Shown here one piece after another: positions 20,179 through 30,353 of a stretch of DNA of 64,000 nt. A model generated the notes under the pieces. The model was not told the origin of the DNA. It made no database searches and worked only from the letters and a program-made list of their open reading frames with translations. The translations under genes and the position numbers were made by a program. Origin of the DNA: a virus; the IMG/VR virus record IMGVR_UViG_3300042922_001062, positions 1-64,000 of that record. One strand, 5' to 3'. Position 1 is the first letter of the stretch; every line of letters starts with the position of its first letter.

Positions 20179-20496
20179 ATGACACGCGAACTGCTCCCCG
20201 ATCGCCGCGCCGCCGAGAGCTTCGAGATCGAAGTGAAGGGCATCAGCTACACGGCCACCTTCGGCTATTACGACGACGGGCGCCTAGGCGAGATCTTCCT
20301 CTGTGGTCCCAAGGCCGGCACTGATGTCGAGGTGAATGCCCGCGATGCCGCGGTGGTCACTTCTATCGCCCTGCAGCACGGCGCCAGCCCGGACATGCTC
20401 CGGCACGGCCTGTCGCGCGATGAAGAGGGCAGGGCGCTCTCTCCGATCGGCACGGTGCTGGACATGCTGGCCTCCGCCACGGGGGACAGCGAATGA
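20179..20496 (+). CDS. Stand-alone TSCPD-like domain (class II ribonucleotide reductase C-terminus)
   Basis: R..LPDRR, G.YDDGRLGEIF, SIALQHG. Confidence 0.7.
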   Translation: MTRELLPDRRAAESFEIEVKGISYTATFGYYDDGRLGEIFLCGPKAGTDVEVNARDAAVVTSIALQHGASPDMLRHGLSRDEEGRALSPIGTVLDMLASATGDSE

Positions 20497-20840
20497 CGCC
20501 GTTCGAGGTCCGCCACCTCCTATCCGCCGTGCGCCTGCCGCTCGACAGCGAGAAAGCGTTGCAGGCCGCCATAGAGGCTCACCTGACTGCGTCGGGCACG
20601 GCGTTCAAGCGCGAGGTCACTCTGGCGCCGGGCGACATCGTCGACTTCATGGTCGGTGCCGTTGCCGTCGAGGTGAAGATCAAGGGCCAGCGGCGCGCCA
20701 TCTACCGCCAGTGCGAGCGCTACGCTGCGCATGACAGCGTTGAGGCCATCCTACTCGTCACAAACGTCGCCATGGGCTTTCCGCCCGAGATAGGCGGCAA
20801 GCCGACGGCCGTCCTGCATCTCGGGAGGGCCTGGCTGTGA
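20493..20840 (+). CDS. PD-(D/E)XK nuclease-like protein
   Basis: IVDFMVG...VEVK..Q..RY. Confidence 0.6.
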   Translation: MTPFEVRHLLSAVRLPLDSEKALQAAIEAHLTASGTAFKREVTLAPGDIVDFMVGAVAVEVKIKGQRRAIYRQCERYAAHDSVEAILLVTNVAMGFPPEIGGKPTAVLHLGRAWL

Positions 20841-22486
20841 AGACCTATGGCTCGCTGCATTACGAAGGTTCGCGCTGGGTGATGAGCGGCATCGACCCGC
20901 ATGTCGCCATCAAGCTCAAGGCGATGTTCCCGGCCGTGCCGAAATGGGCCACGGCACCCTTCACCTTTCCCGACACGGTGAGCATCGCCTCCGATCTCGA
21001 ATGGTTCCTGCATCGCTACCCGATGGATATGGCGGAGGCGGACCGCTCCCGCATGGTAGCCGGCCGTGTGGCCCTCACCGATCAGCGGAACGACGTCGAG
21101 CGCATCTTCGTGCCCGAATGGTCGCCGCCTGCCACGCTGGGCTTCAGGCCGGGCAGGGAGCTCTATCGCTATCAGGCCGAAGCGGCCGAAGTGATCCGCA
21201 AGCTGGGCCGCCTGCTGCTCCTGGACGATGTCGGGCTCGGCAAGACGGTGACGGCTCTCGGCGCCCTTTCGGATGGAAAGCACCTGCCGGCGGCGATCGT
21301 CGTGCAGCCGCACCTCCGCACCCAATGGGTGAAGGAGTACATCGCGAAGTTCACCACGCTGCGGGCGCACATCATTAAGGGCACCGTGCCCTATGAGCTC
21401 CCGCCCGCAGACCTCTACGTCTTCGCCTATTCGAACATCGCCGGCTGGGTCGACATCGCCGCCGAAGGGAAGTTCAAGGCGGTCGTCTACGACGAGGTCC
21501 AGGAGCTGCGCACCGGGCCGGACACCGCCAAGGGTGCGGCGGCCAAGGTCTTCACGGCCAATGCTCGCGTGCGCATCGGCCTGACCGCCACGCCGGTCTA
21601 CAACTACGGCACCGAGATGTTCCATGTTGTCGAGGCGATCGAGCCCGGCGCCCTCGGAGGATATTGGGACTTCGACCGCGAGTGGTGCAGCCACAATGGG
21701 TCGAAGGCCATCGTGAAGGATCCCGAGGCCCTCGGCACGTACCTGCGCGAGTTGCAGCTGGTGCTGCGCCGCGAGCGCGCCGGCGGCAACGTGAACACCG
21801 TGCCGATCGAGGTCGAATACGACCAGCAGGTCGAGGCCGATTCCGTCGATCTCATGCGCATCCTGGCGACCACCGTCGTCAGCGGCTCGTTCTCCGAGCG
21901 GGGACAGGCGGCGCGCGAACTCGACATCATGGCGCGCATGGTCACCGGCCTCGCCAAGGCCAAGGCGGTTGCCGCCTATGTCCGCTTGCTGCTGGAGGCC
22001 GGGCTGCCAGTCCTGCTCGCGGGGTGGCATCGCGAGGTCTACGATATCTGGGGCCGCGAGCTCGGCGAGTTCAAGCCGGTGCTCTACACCGGCTCCGAAA
22101 GCCCGGGGCAGAAGGACCGGGCCAAAGAGGCCTTCATCAGCGGCGACACCAACCTGATGATGATCTCTCTGCGGTCCGGCGCGGGGCTGGACGGGTTGCA
22201 GAAGCGATGCAACCACGTCGTCTTCGGCGAACTCGACTGGTCACCGAAGGTGCATGAGCAGGTCATCGGCCGGCTCGACCGACCGGGTCAGCAGGAGCAG
22301 GTGACGGCGATCTACCTGCATGCCAATGGCGGATCGGATCCTCTGATCCTCAGCATGCTCGGCCTCAAGGCCAGCCAAGCGCAGGGCATCGTCGATCCGG
22401 GCAAGGGCATTGTTCCCGTAACGTCCGACGGCAGCCGCATCCGTGCGCTCGCCGAGCGCTTCCTGCAGGGGAGCGCTGCGGCATGA
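20837..22486 (+). CDS. SNF2-like superfamily 2 helicase
   Basis: DDVGLGKT, DEVQ, LTATP, GAGLDGLQ, Q.IGRL.RPGQ. Confidence 0.88.
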   Translation: MKTYGSLHYEGSRWVMSGIDPHVAIKLKAMFPAVPKWATAPFTFPDTVSIASDLEWFLHRYPMDMAEADRSRMVAGRVALTDQRNDVERIFVPEWSPPATLGFRPGRELYRYQAEAAEVIRKLGRLLLLDDVGLGKTVTALGALSDGKHLPAAIVVQPHLRTQWVKEYIAKFTTLRAHIIKGTVPYELPPADLYVFAYSNIAGWVDIAAEGKFKAVVYDEVQELRTGPDTAKGAAAKVFTANARVRIGLTATPVYNYGTEMFHVVEAIEPGALGGYWDFDREWCSHNGSKAIVKDPEALGTYLRELQLVLRRERAGGNVNTVPIEVEYDQQVEADSVDLMRILATTVVSGSFSERGQAARELDIMARMVTGLAKAKAVAAYVRLLLEAGLPVLLAGWHREVYDIWGRELGEFKPVLYTGSESPGQKDRAKEAFISGDTNLMMISLRSGAGLDGLQKRCNHVVFGELDWSPKVHEQVIGRLDRPGQQEQVTAIYLHANGGSDPLILSMLGLKASQAQGIVDPGKGIVPVTSDGSRIRALAERFLQGSAAA

Positions 22487-22811
22487 GCGGGAGCGTCTTC
22501 CTCCGCCGCGGTTACAGCCTCGATGATGCCGGCCGCATCCATTATGACGATGTGTCCGCTACATGGGAGCAAGCTGATGCGCTCGCCGGCAGGCGCGTGG
22601 ATCGTCGGCGAGCCTACGCGATCATCAATGGCGATCTTTGCGAACTCGTTCGCTGGTCACAGCCGTGCACCGGGTGCTTCGAAGCGCCGGAATGCACCAT
22701 GTACGACATGGAAACCACGCGCGGCCATGGCTGCTGCGAGTGCGGCTACACAGGTCGCGTGCGGCAAGGTTCGTATGTCGAGCATTCGATCGCTGAGGCG
22801 GGGAGGGACGA

Positions 22812-23831
22812 TTGATCATCCGCCGCCGCTACAACCGCAACTTCACGGTCCTACCCAACTCGGTGCTCGATGATGATCGGCTGTCCGCCGAGGCCATGGG
22901 CGTGCTCTGCTATCTGCGCTCACGTCCGGCCGACTGGAACGTCGAACTTGCCCACCTTTCCGAACGCTTCAAGATCGGCCGGGATAAGACGCAGCGCGTG
23001 GTCGCGGAGCTTGTCGATGCCGGCTGGATAAAGCGTGAACGCACGCGGGATCCGGTCACCCGCGCCTTCAACGGCATCGACTATGTTGTGTACGACGAGC
23101 CGGCCGACACCATAGATAGCGGCTCCGACGATGTTGAAGGCGGCGAGCCACAGCCTGAAAATCCGGTTGTGGCTCCCGACACACCTAAACACCATCCACA
23201 ACCGGCTTTGCCGCGCGCGGCTTTTCAGGCTGTGCATATAGAAGAACCAAATACGGAAAAGGGAACAAACACCCCCATAGCCCCCAAGGGGGCGGTGGGC
23301 GAGGGGACTTCGTCAGGGCAGGAGGATGAGCTCTACGCCGAGTTCATCCGTCGGTACGCCGCGCCGCCGACGGCATCGACCGTCACCCCGCGCCGGCATT
23401 GGAACAAACTCTCGGATGCCGAGAGGCGGAAGGCCGTCGACGCCATCGCGCCGTACCGAGCGGCCTGCGCAGCCGAGAAACCCAAGCCGCGGAAGATGCT
23501 CGACCCGAGCGCCTATCTGGCCCGGCACATCTTCGCGAACTTCGCGACGTCGCTGGCACCGAGGCCGCCGGATAGCCCGGCCGTGGCGGCGCTGCGGCAG
23601 GCGCTGGGGCCGAACTTCGCGCACGGCGTCATCGTCGAGGTCGACACTCCCGAATGGCGGGAATGGCAGGCGGTCGCCGACGAGGCGGGGTTCCCGCTGC
23701 GGGCCATCGCATACCCGGCACGTCCGTTCGCTGGCCGACCTAGGGCGATCACCGGCCGGTTACTGCCGAGCGCATGGCCACCGAGCCGTGACGGGCCGGA
23801 TAGGCGTCAGCAGGCGGCGGGCGAACGGTAG
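22812..23831 (+). CDS. Phage replication initiator (winged HTH)
   Basis: NFTVLPNSVLDD.RLS.EA.G.L.YL.SRP.DW; internal inverted repeats. Confidence 0.75.
   Translation: MIIRRRYNRNFTVLPNSVLDDDRLSAEAMGVLCYLRSRPADWNVELAHLSERFKIGRDKTQRVVAELVDAGWIKRERTRDPVTRAFNGIDYVVYDEPADTIDSGSDDVEGGEPQPENPVVAPDTPKHHPQPALPRAAFQAVHIEEPNTEKGTNTPIAPKGAVGEGTSSGQEDELYAEFIRRYAAPPTASTVTPRRHWNKLSDAERRKAVDAIAPYRAACAAEKPKPRKMLDPSAYLARHIFANFATSLAPRPPDSPAVAALRQALGPNFAHGVIVEVDTPEWREWQAVADEAGFPLRAIAYPARPFAGRPRAITGRLLPSAWPPSRDGPDRRQQAAGER
23149..23234. repeat. Nested inverted repeats inside the rep gene (candidate origin)
   Basis: CACAGCCTGAAAA/TTTTCAGGCTGTG (13 bp) enclosing CCGGTTGTGG/CCACAACCGG (10 bp), followed by an A-rich tract. 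Confidence 0.6.
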
Positions 23832-24084
23832 CGGCGGAGAGGGACGATGACGGACATACGGAAGCAGGCGGTGATCGAGATCGCCGAAATCATCGATCCG
23901 ATGGCGTGGATCAGGATGCGCCATCACATCGACACCCCGCGCTTCGGAAGGCGTCGGCAACGCTCCATCGAGAAAGCGAGGTCGATCTTGATCGAGCTGG
24001 CCCGCAGAGAGCCCGGATGGCGTTCGGGTCTGACGGTGATGCTTCGGCGGAAGGACGGTGGTCGGGTGAAGCAGGAGGTTCGCG

Positions 24085-24780
24085 ATGGCGCGCAAAGGTA
24101 GGAAGAGGAAGGAAGGCGGGCGCACGCGCAGCGGCAAGCTCTCCGAGGCAAACACCGAGCGCGCCGCCCGCGGCCTGCGGGGCGTGATGGACGTGGCGCT
24201 CTCGCAGCCGCATCGGGCCTGGCTCGGCAAGGGGCGCCGCAGCGACCAACTGGCAGAGAATGCCCTGGGTCGCCTGCTGCTCGGCGGCAAGATCACGGAA
24301 TCGGAGTATTGGGCCGGCGACCGCTGGCGAAAGCTCGTCGGCGAGTTCCACCAAGTGCTGGCTGCGCCCGTCATGCCCGGTTCAGCTATGGGGCAGATGG
24401 TGGCCGATGAAGTCGACAGCGACAGCCGCAATCGTTCGGAGAGGTCGGGGACGGCGGCTGAGCGCGAGACGGACGAGGAACGCCGGGAGCGCGTGCTCGT
24501 GCAGCACAGCGCGGCCATGAATGCCATACGGCGCCTGTCAGACAAGAGGCAAGTGTTCGCGGTGATGGAGAGCGTCGTGCTTCGCGATGCCGAGATCGAC
24601 TTCGCACTTCTCCAGGTGCTGAAGGCGGGTCTGGGTCAACTTGCCCGCCTGTGGCGAATGGAGCGGCCGCACGATCCCATGGAGGAGAAGCACGGGCCGA
24701 AGCCGAGAGTGCGAGCACGGCGGGCGGATAGGCCATTGTGGGGCCACGAGGAAAGGGAGCTCGACATCACGTACAAATAG
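24085..24780 (+). CDS. Putative late-gene regulator
   Basis: Last gene of the early right operon; LGRLLL.G.IT...Y.AG..W pattern; assignment mostly positional. Confidence 0.45.
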   Translation: MARKGRKRKEGGRTRSGKLSEANTERAARGLRGVMDVALSQPHRAWLGKGRRSDQLAENALGRLLLGGKITESEYWAGDRWRKLVGEFHQVLAAPVMPGSAMGQMVADEVDSDSRNRSERSGTAAERETDEERRERVLVQHSAAMNAIRRLSDKRQVFAVMESVVLRDAEIDFALLQVLKAGLGQLARLWRMERPHDPMEEKHGPKPRVRARRADRPLWGHEERELDITYK

Positions 24781-24862
24781 GTGCGCAAGCGACGCTCGCC
24801 CTCTTGCGTTGATCGAGCAAATCAGTCCTAATTGCCGACGAAATTCATGATCGGAACGAAAT

Positions 24863-24893
24863 GCGCCCGCTGCTCCCGCCGCGGGCGTTTTTT
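24863..24893 (+). terminator. Rho-independent terminator
   Basis: CGCCCGC...GCGGGCG followed by TTTTTT. Confidence 0.7.
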
Positions 24894-24918
24894 GTGCCCG
24901 GAACGCGTACTCGCCCAA

Positions 24919-24944
24919 GGAACCTTCGTAACCATCCTCCTGTT
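24919..24944 (+). promoter_or_regulatory. EcfG-type promoter
   Basis: GGAAC-N17-TGTT. Confidence 0.55.
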
Positions 24945-25044
24945 ATCAGGCGCGGTCCTTCACGAGCCGTGAAACCGCCGGCACGACGGCGATCCTGGGC
25001 CCCTCCATGACACGCTCTCGCGCTGTTCAGTCAGGAGGAAATCC

Positions 25045-25959
25045 ATGGTCGAGACATATTCAGCGACGACGACCGCAGCGACGGTTGAATCGTCTTCATC
25101 CGCTGTAAGTTGGGGACCTGTCATTGCGGGCGCCGTTGCCGCTTCGGCTCTGACATTCGTGTTGATGCTGGTCGGCTCCGGCATCGGGCTCACCATGGTT
25201 TCTCCGTGGGTCAACGAGAGCGCAAGCGTTACGACTTTCGCGGTCTCCACGGCCATCTGGCTTGTCGTGGTGCAGTGGCTTTCGTCCGGGCTAGGAGGCT
25301 ATCTCACCGGGCGCCTACGGACGAAGTGGACGGGACCCAAGACAGGCGAGGCGATGTTTCGCGATACCGCCCACGGCTTTCTGGCCTGGGCCCTCGCCAC
25401 TCTGCTTGTCGTGTCGGTTCTAGGCTCCGCTATTTCGTCGACCGTCAACACCGGCGTGCAGGCTGTATCGACGGTCGCCTCGGGCGCTGCTCTAGGCGCT
25501 TCGGCTGGCGCGACGTCGAATGCTGGAGCCGAGGAGAGTTCAGGCGCCACCGCCTATTTCGTGGATGCGTTGTTCCGCCCAAGTGATCCTGCTCAACAAG
25601 CGGCACCCGGACCCGAGGGTGACGCTGCCGCGGCTGCGCAAGCCTCCCGGATCCTCATGGCCAGCGCGGCCGCGGGAGAGGTTTCGCCCGGCGACAAGGC
25701 CTATCTTGGCCAACTGGTCGCCGCTCGCACGGGTCTATCGGAGGCTGACGCCACGGCGCGGGTCGATGCCGTGCTGAAGCAGGTGAACGACGCGAAGGTG
25801 AAGGCGCAGCAGGCGGCGGATACTGCTCGCAAGGCGAGCGCGACATTCGCCCTCCTTGCCGCACTCTCGATGATGGTCGGGGCATTCATCGCTGCCGTCG
25901 CCGCTGCCATCGGCGGCTATCAGCGCGATGACGACAATCTGTATGTCAGAGCGCGCTAA
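25045..25959 (+). CDS. Multi-TM membrane protein (moron)
   Basis: SAVSWG.V.AGA, GGYLTGRLR, FRDTAHG.LAWA; RBS AGGAGG. Confidence 0.75.
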   Translation: MVETYSATTTAATVESSSSAVSWGPVIAGAVAASALTFVLMLVGSGIGLTMVSPWVNESASVTTFAVSTAIWLVVVQWLSSGLGGYLTGRLRTKWTGPKTGEAMFRDTAHGFLAWALATLLVVSVLGSAISSTVNTGVQAVSTVASGAALGASAGATSNAGAEESSGATAYFVDALFRPSDPAQQAAPGPEGDAAAAAQASRILMASAAAGEVSPGDKAYLGQLVAARTGLSEADATARVDAVLKQVNDAKVKAQQAADTARKASATFALLAALSMMVGAFIAAVAAAIGGYQRDDDNLYVRAR

Positions 25960-26104
25960 AGGCGCGAGTAGAGCGGGCGGAACTCATACCCTCCGTCGGA
26001 GCCCGACGTACCGTAATGGCTCGCTCCCTCTGGTCATGCTATGCATCGAGATGCATGTCACGCGAGGCGGACAGCATTAGTTTGACGATCTAAGGAATAG
26101 GCGA

Positions 26105-26314
26105 GTGGCTACAGGTACTGTGAAGTGGTTTAACGGCCAGAAGGGTTACGGCTTCATTCAGCCAGACCAAGGTGGGCCGGATGTCTTCGTGCACATTTCC
26201 GCCGTAGAGCGTGCCGGCCTCTCGGGCCTCGCCGACGGTCAGAAGGTCAGCTACGAGATCGAAAATGATCGCCGCTCCGGGAAGGCTTCTGCGGTCAACC
26301 TTCGGGCGCAGTGA
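26105..26314 (+). CDS. cspA: Cold-shock protein
   Basis: GTVKWFN..KGYGFI.P..DVFVHISA. Confidence 0.95.
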   Translation: MATGTVKWFNGQKGYGFIQPDQGGPDVFVHISAVERAGLSGLADGQKVSYEIENDRRSGKASAVNLRAQ

Positions 26315-26338
26315 CTTTCCAGTCTGTGCAACCATTAG

Positions 26339-26361
26339 ACCCGCCGCACGCGGCGGGTTTT
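26339..26361 (+). terminator. Terminator between convergent genes
   Basis: ACCCGCCGC..GCGGCGGGT plus TTT. Confidence 0.7.
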
Positions 26362-26364
26362 AGA

Positions 26365-26808
26365 TCATCCGGCTCCATCCGACACGCTAAGCTCCCCGCT
26401 CCGGCGCACAGACGTGTGAACGGTAACGCCTCGCTGAATTGAGTTGCTCACCGTTGAGCTCTCGATCGCCGTGCGGATCACCTTATCAATGTCAGCGCCT
26501 TGTTCGCAGGCGGTCGCATCAACGGTGACCGATGCAGAGGTAGCGAGGGCGGGAGAGCCTTCGAAGGTCACCTCAACATCGACGGCGATGGACGCTAGTT
26601 TCACGCTCATCTCGTGAGCGACATACTGCAGGTCGTTGCAGAGGCACCCGCCGATTGCGAGGGCGAGCAACTCACCCCCATTGAAGCCGAGACCCTGGCC
26701 GCCGGCCTTGCCCGCTGGCCTGTCCACCACGATCGTGTGGGCGCCTGATCGCCCTACCACCGCTTGGGTTTCGGGTAGGGTTCTCAGGTGGACAGACATC
26801 GTCGCCAT
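26365..26808 (-). CDS. OsmC-like protein
   Basis: VDRP...GG...GFNGGELL.LA.GGC; second Cys position is Ser (SSTVSNSI). Confidence 0.75.
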   Translation of the reverse strand: MATMSVHLRTLPETQAVVGRSGAHTIVVDRPAGKAGGQGLGFNGGELLALAIGGCLCNDLQYVAHEMSVKLASIAVDVEVTFEGSPALATSASVTVDATACEQGADIDKVIRTAIESSTVSNSIQRGVTVHTSVRRSGELSVSDGAG

Positions 26809-27158
26809 GAATCCCTCCGCTCTTGAAAGCCTGAGCTTAGCAAGGTCACGGGCCGCATGAACACGCCTGCGATCTCGCGCCGGGGCCGTCAATGAAGAAC
26901 CGGTGCAGTGAGGCCAGCCGTGTTGGAGAGACCCTTGGGAAGGGTGTCGCCGCCGCGCTCAATGCCGCGGTGAGGGTCGCCGTCATTGCCGCCTGCGGCC
27001 GCTATCTCGGATGGTGGTGATGGCGTGCGGTCCCTGCGGACGGGCGCGGCATGCGTCCAAGCTGGCGCTACGCGCCGCCATGAAGGGCGACCTACGAGAG
27101 GGCGCCATTCGCGCCAAGGAAGCCGCCGCTCACATCGGGGTGAAGATCAGGGGCCACG

Positions 27159-27536
27159 ATGCAGAAGCGACGTCTCAGGAACCTTCGGCCACGACTGGCA
27201 GCGGCGAAGCCTCGCCTCGGCTACGTTGAAGGTGACGCCAAGGCGCAAGACCGCCACCGCAACGCGCTGTCACCATGGCGCGCCTGGTACCACACCGAGC
27301 GCTGGCAGCGGCTGCGCCTGAAGATATTCGAGAGGGATGCCTACACCTGCCAGCGCACCGGAGAGGTCTGTGCCGGGCGGCACCCCGCCGCAAACAGCCC
27401 CGTGGCGAACCACATCCGCCCGCACAAGGGCGACCCGGCGCTGTTCTGGGATGAGGACAACCTCGAGACCGTGACCAAGGCGGTGCATGACGGCATCGTG
27501 CAGGCGGAGGAGCGGCGCGATGATACTCGCCCTTGA
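27159..27536 (+). CDS. Packaging-associated HNH endonuclease
   Basis: WY...RWQRLR..F.RD.YTCQ, ANHIRPHKGD..LFWD.DNL..H; upstream of terS. Confidence 0.8.
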   Translation: MQKRRLRNLRPRLAAAKPRLGYVEGDAKAQDRHRNALSPWRAWYHTERWQRLRLKIFERDAYTCQRTGEVCAGRHPAANSPVANHIRPHKGDPALFWDEDNLETVTKAVHDGIVQAEERRDDTRP

Positions 27537-27962
27537 CCACCTCATCTTCGGCAATGGCTACGGCATGGCTTCGCCGTTCTGTGATGCCCGCTATTACTGG
27601 CTCGTCGACACCCACCATCAGAAGCGGAGCGGTCGGAACGGAGAGCTCTATCAGTACGGCGCCGGCTTCGGGGCGCAGCTGAGGAGCCGGCAGTGGACGC
27701 ACCCCCGGGCCGGCGAACGCCGTAGACTTGCCGGCCGCGAGTTCGTGGTGTTCCACAGCACCCGGCGATGGTTCCGTGTCGAGGTGGCGTGGTCGATGGT
27801 CGGGCTGCCCCGGGCGATCGACGAGGCCAACGCCGCGCTCCGCGAGCTGGAACGGGACCTCGGGCGTGTCTAATCCCAACCCCACAAGGTGAAAACAACA
27901 GGTCACTTGTTGTTCCGCCGGTTCGTGGGCGACCTCGACCCGGAATTTTCCCTCCATGGGCA

Positions 27963-28074
27963 GGGGGGAGGGTCAAAAATCGACCATGGGTCAACCTACG
28001 GACCGGCGCCCCCTACATGCAGAGATTTTTTCCTCCCTGGACAAATTTCGGGGTGCGTACCAGCACTGCGTACT
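27963..28074 (+). other. Putative cos/packaging site of the helper
   Basis: Non-coding region between HNH and terS; GGGGGGAGGGTCAAAA..GGACCGGCGCCCCCT; duplicated in the satellite. Confidence 0.7.
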
Positions 28075-28078
28075 GCCG

Positions 28079-28648
28079 ATGAGCGATCAGAACTCCACCA
28101 TCGACTGGCCGGCGATCGAGCGTGATTTTCGTGCTGGATCAATGTCTAACCGCCAACTCGCTGATTGGTACTCGATCTCGGAAGGCGCGATCCGCAAGCG
28201 GGCGAAGAAGGAAGGTTGGACGAAGTCCGGTACGCAGCCGAAAGTGCGTACCGAGAGCGCGCACCGCGCTCCTCTCGCTCCGACGCCCACAACACCGGAG
28301 ACCACTGCGCCGGAGGCCATTGTCAGCCGGGGCCGCAATCTCACGCTCCGGCTTCTCGACGAACTCGAGGCCACCACCAGCCGCATCGGCGAGCTGGAGA
28401 TGATGATTGACGCTGTAGCCGACGGTGAAGACGCAGAAGAGCAACGCAAGGTCTTGAAGCAGATCATCTCGCTCAAGCAGCGCGCTGAAATCCTGAAGTC
28501 GCTCGCGCTGTCGGCAAAGACCCTTTCCGAAACGACAACCGCCGCTCCGGCCGGCAAGAAGGCCGAGAAGCAAGCCGCTGCGGAGAGGGTGGCAAGCAAG
28601 TTCGGTGTCCGTACCCCGCCTAAGCTGGTGGTCGACAACAAGCCATGA
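28079..28648 (+). CDS. terS: Terminase small subunit
   Basis: IDW.AIE.DFRAG..S.RQLA....[18 protein letters not shown]; overlaps terL start. Confidence 0.8.
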   Translation: MSDQNSTIDWPAIERDFRAGSMSNRQLADWYSISEGAIRKRAKKEGWTKSGTQPKVRTESAHRAPLAPTPTTPETTAPEAIVSRGRNLTLRLLDELEATTSRIGELEMMIDAVADGEDAEEQRKVLKQIISLKQRAEILKSLALSAKTLSETTTAAPAGKKAEKQAAAERVASKFGVRTPPKLVVDNKP

Positions 28649-30324
28649 AGCCGTGGTCCACTGCCTGTCCTGATTGGGAACGACGGATCGTTGCCAAGCA
28701 GTCGCTGATCCCGTTCGCGCCGCTCTTCCCGTCGGAAGCAGAAGCCGCCCTGGAGGTCTTCAAGGCGCTGAAGATCGTCGACGCTCCTGGCAGTCCAACA
28801 TTCGGAGAAGCCTGCGAGCAGTGGGTGTTCGACTTCGTCGCCGCCATCTTCGGCGCGGCGGATCCGGAGACGGGCTCCCGGCTGATCCGAGAGTTCTTCC
28901 TGCTGATCAGCAAGAAGAACAGCAAATCGACGATCGCGGCCGGCATCATGCTCACTGCCCTGATCGTCAATTGGCGCCTCTCGGCGGAGTTGCTCATCCT
29001 GGCTCCGACGATCGAAGTCGCCGACAATTCGTTCAAGCCGGCGGCCGATATGGTCCGCCACGATGAGGAACTCTCAGATCTCCTGCATGTGCAGGACCAT
29101 ATCCGAACCATCACGCACCGCGTCACCAAGGCCTTCCTGAAGGTGGTCGCTGCGGACGCTGACACAGTGTCCGGCAAGAAGGCCGCCTTCGTTCTCATGG
29201 ACGAGCTCTGGGGTTTCGGAAAGAAGCCGCGCGCTGCTGCGATGCTGCGAGAGGCGACGGGTGGTCTCGTCTCGCGGCCGGAAGGCTTCGTGATCTATCT
29301 CTCAACCCAGTCCGACGAGGAACCCGCTGGCGTCTTCAAGGCCAAGCTGGACTATTTCCGGGGCGTTCGCGAAGGCACGATTGTCGATCCGACTAGTCTG
29401 CCGGTGTTGTATGAATTTCCGGAGCCAATGGTCGAAGCGACGTCGTATCTCGACCCGGCGAACTTCTACATCACGAACCCCAACATCGGACGGTCAGTCG
29501 ATCGGGGCTGGCTGGAAGATGAATATCGCAAGATCAAGGATGCGACCGGCGGCGAGCTGCAGGTCTTCTTGGCGAAGCATCTGAATGTCGAGATCGGTCT
29601 CCGCCTCGCACAGGATCGTTGGTCAGGAGCCGGCTATTGGCCTCGCTGTGCCCACCCGGCGCTGCGCGACCTCGATGTGTTCCTGGGCCGCTGCGACGTT
29701 GTCGTCGCGGGTGGTGACGGTGGAGGTCTCGACGATCTCTTCGGGCTCGTTTTGATCGGCCGTGACCGCGATACGCGAAAGTGGCTCCTTTGGGCGCACG
29801 CGTGGGCGCATCCTGACGTGCTTGAGCGCCGACAGGAAATCGCTCCGCGGCTGCGAGATTTCGAAGCCGAAGGCTCGCTCACCATCTGCAAGCACCCGAC
29901 ACAGGATCACGAAGAGATCGCTGCCATTCTTCAGCGGGTTCATCGCGCGGGGCTTTTGCCGGAAGAAGCTGCGATTGGACTTGATCCCTTCGGCGTGACC
30001 GCTCTCATCGACGTGCTGATCGAGGCGGGCATCAGCGAAGACCAGATCATCGGTATCGCTCAGGGCTACAAGCTGAACGGCGCCGTGCTTGGCCTGGAGC
30101 GCAAGCTGGCCGACGGCACCGTCGAACATGACGGCTCGACCATGATGAACTGGGTGGTCGGCAACGCGAAGGTGCAGAAGCGCGGCAATGCCGTGCTGGT
30201 GACCAAGGAAATCGCTGGCAAGGCCAAGATCGATCCACTCATGGCGGCCTTCAACGCAACGATGCTGATGGCGCGTAATCCCGAGCCGAAGCAAACCCCT
30301 TCCTATCAGATGATCATCATCTGA
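28645..30324 (+). CDS. terL: Terminase large subunit
   Basis: [11 protein letters not shown] Walker [24 protein letters not shown]. Confidence 0.93.
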   Translation: MKPWSTACPDWERRIVAKQSLIPFAPLFPSEAEAALEVFKALKIVDAPGSPTFGEACEQWVFDFVAAIFGAADPETGSRLIREFFLLISKKNSKSTIAAGIMLTALIVNWRLSAELLILAPTIEVADNSFKPAADMVRHDEELSDLLHVQDHIRTITHRVTKAFLKVVAADADTVSGKKAAFVLMDELWGFGKKPRAAAMLREATGGLVSRPEGFVIYLSTQSDEEPAGVFKAKLDYFRGVREGTIVDPTSLPVLYEFPEPMVEATSYLDPANFYITNPNIGRSVDRGWLEDEYRKIKDATGGELQVFLAKHLNVEIGLRLAQDRWSGAGYWPRCAHPALRDLDVFLGRCDVVVAGGDGGGLDDLFGLVLIGRDRDTRKWLLWAHAWAHPDVLERRQEIAPRLRDFEAEGSLTICKHPTQDHEEIAAILQRVHRAGLLPEEAAIGLDPFGVTALIDVLIEAGISEDQIIGIAQGYKLNGAVLGLERKLADGTVEHDGSTMMNWVVGNAKVQKRGNAVLVTKEIAGKAKIDPLMAAFNATMLMARNPEPKQTPSYQMIII

Positions 30325-30353
30325 GGCGGCTGCGACCGCCTGGAGATCCCGAC

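Noticed and set aside
16831-22216. Long antisense ORFs (16831-18378, 18839-20182, 20720-22216 and similar elsewhere)
   Set aside because: Shadow frames of well-supported genes in high-GC DNA, with no recognisable motifs
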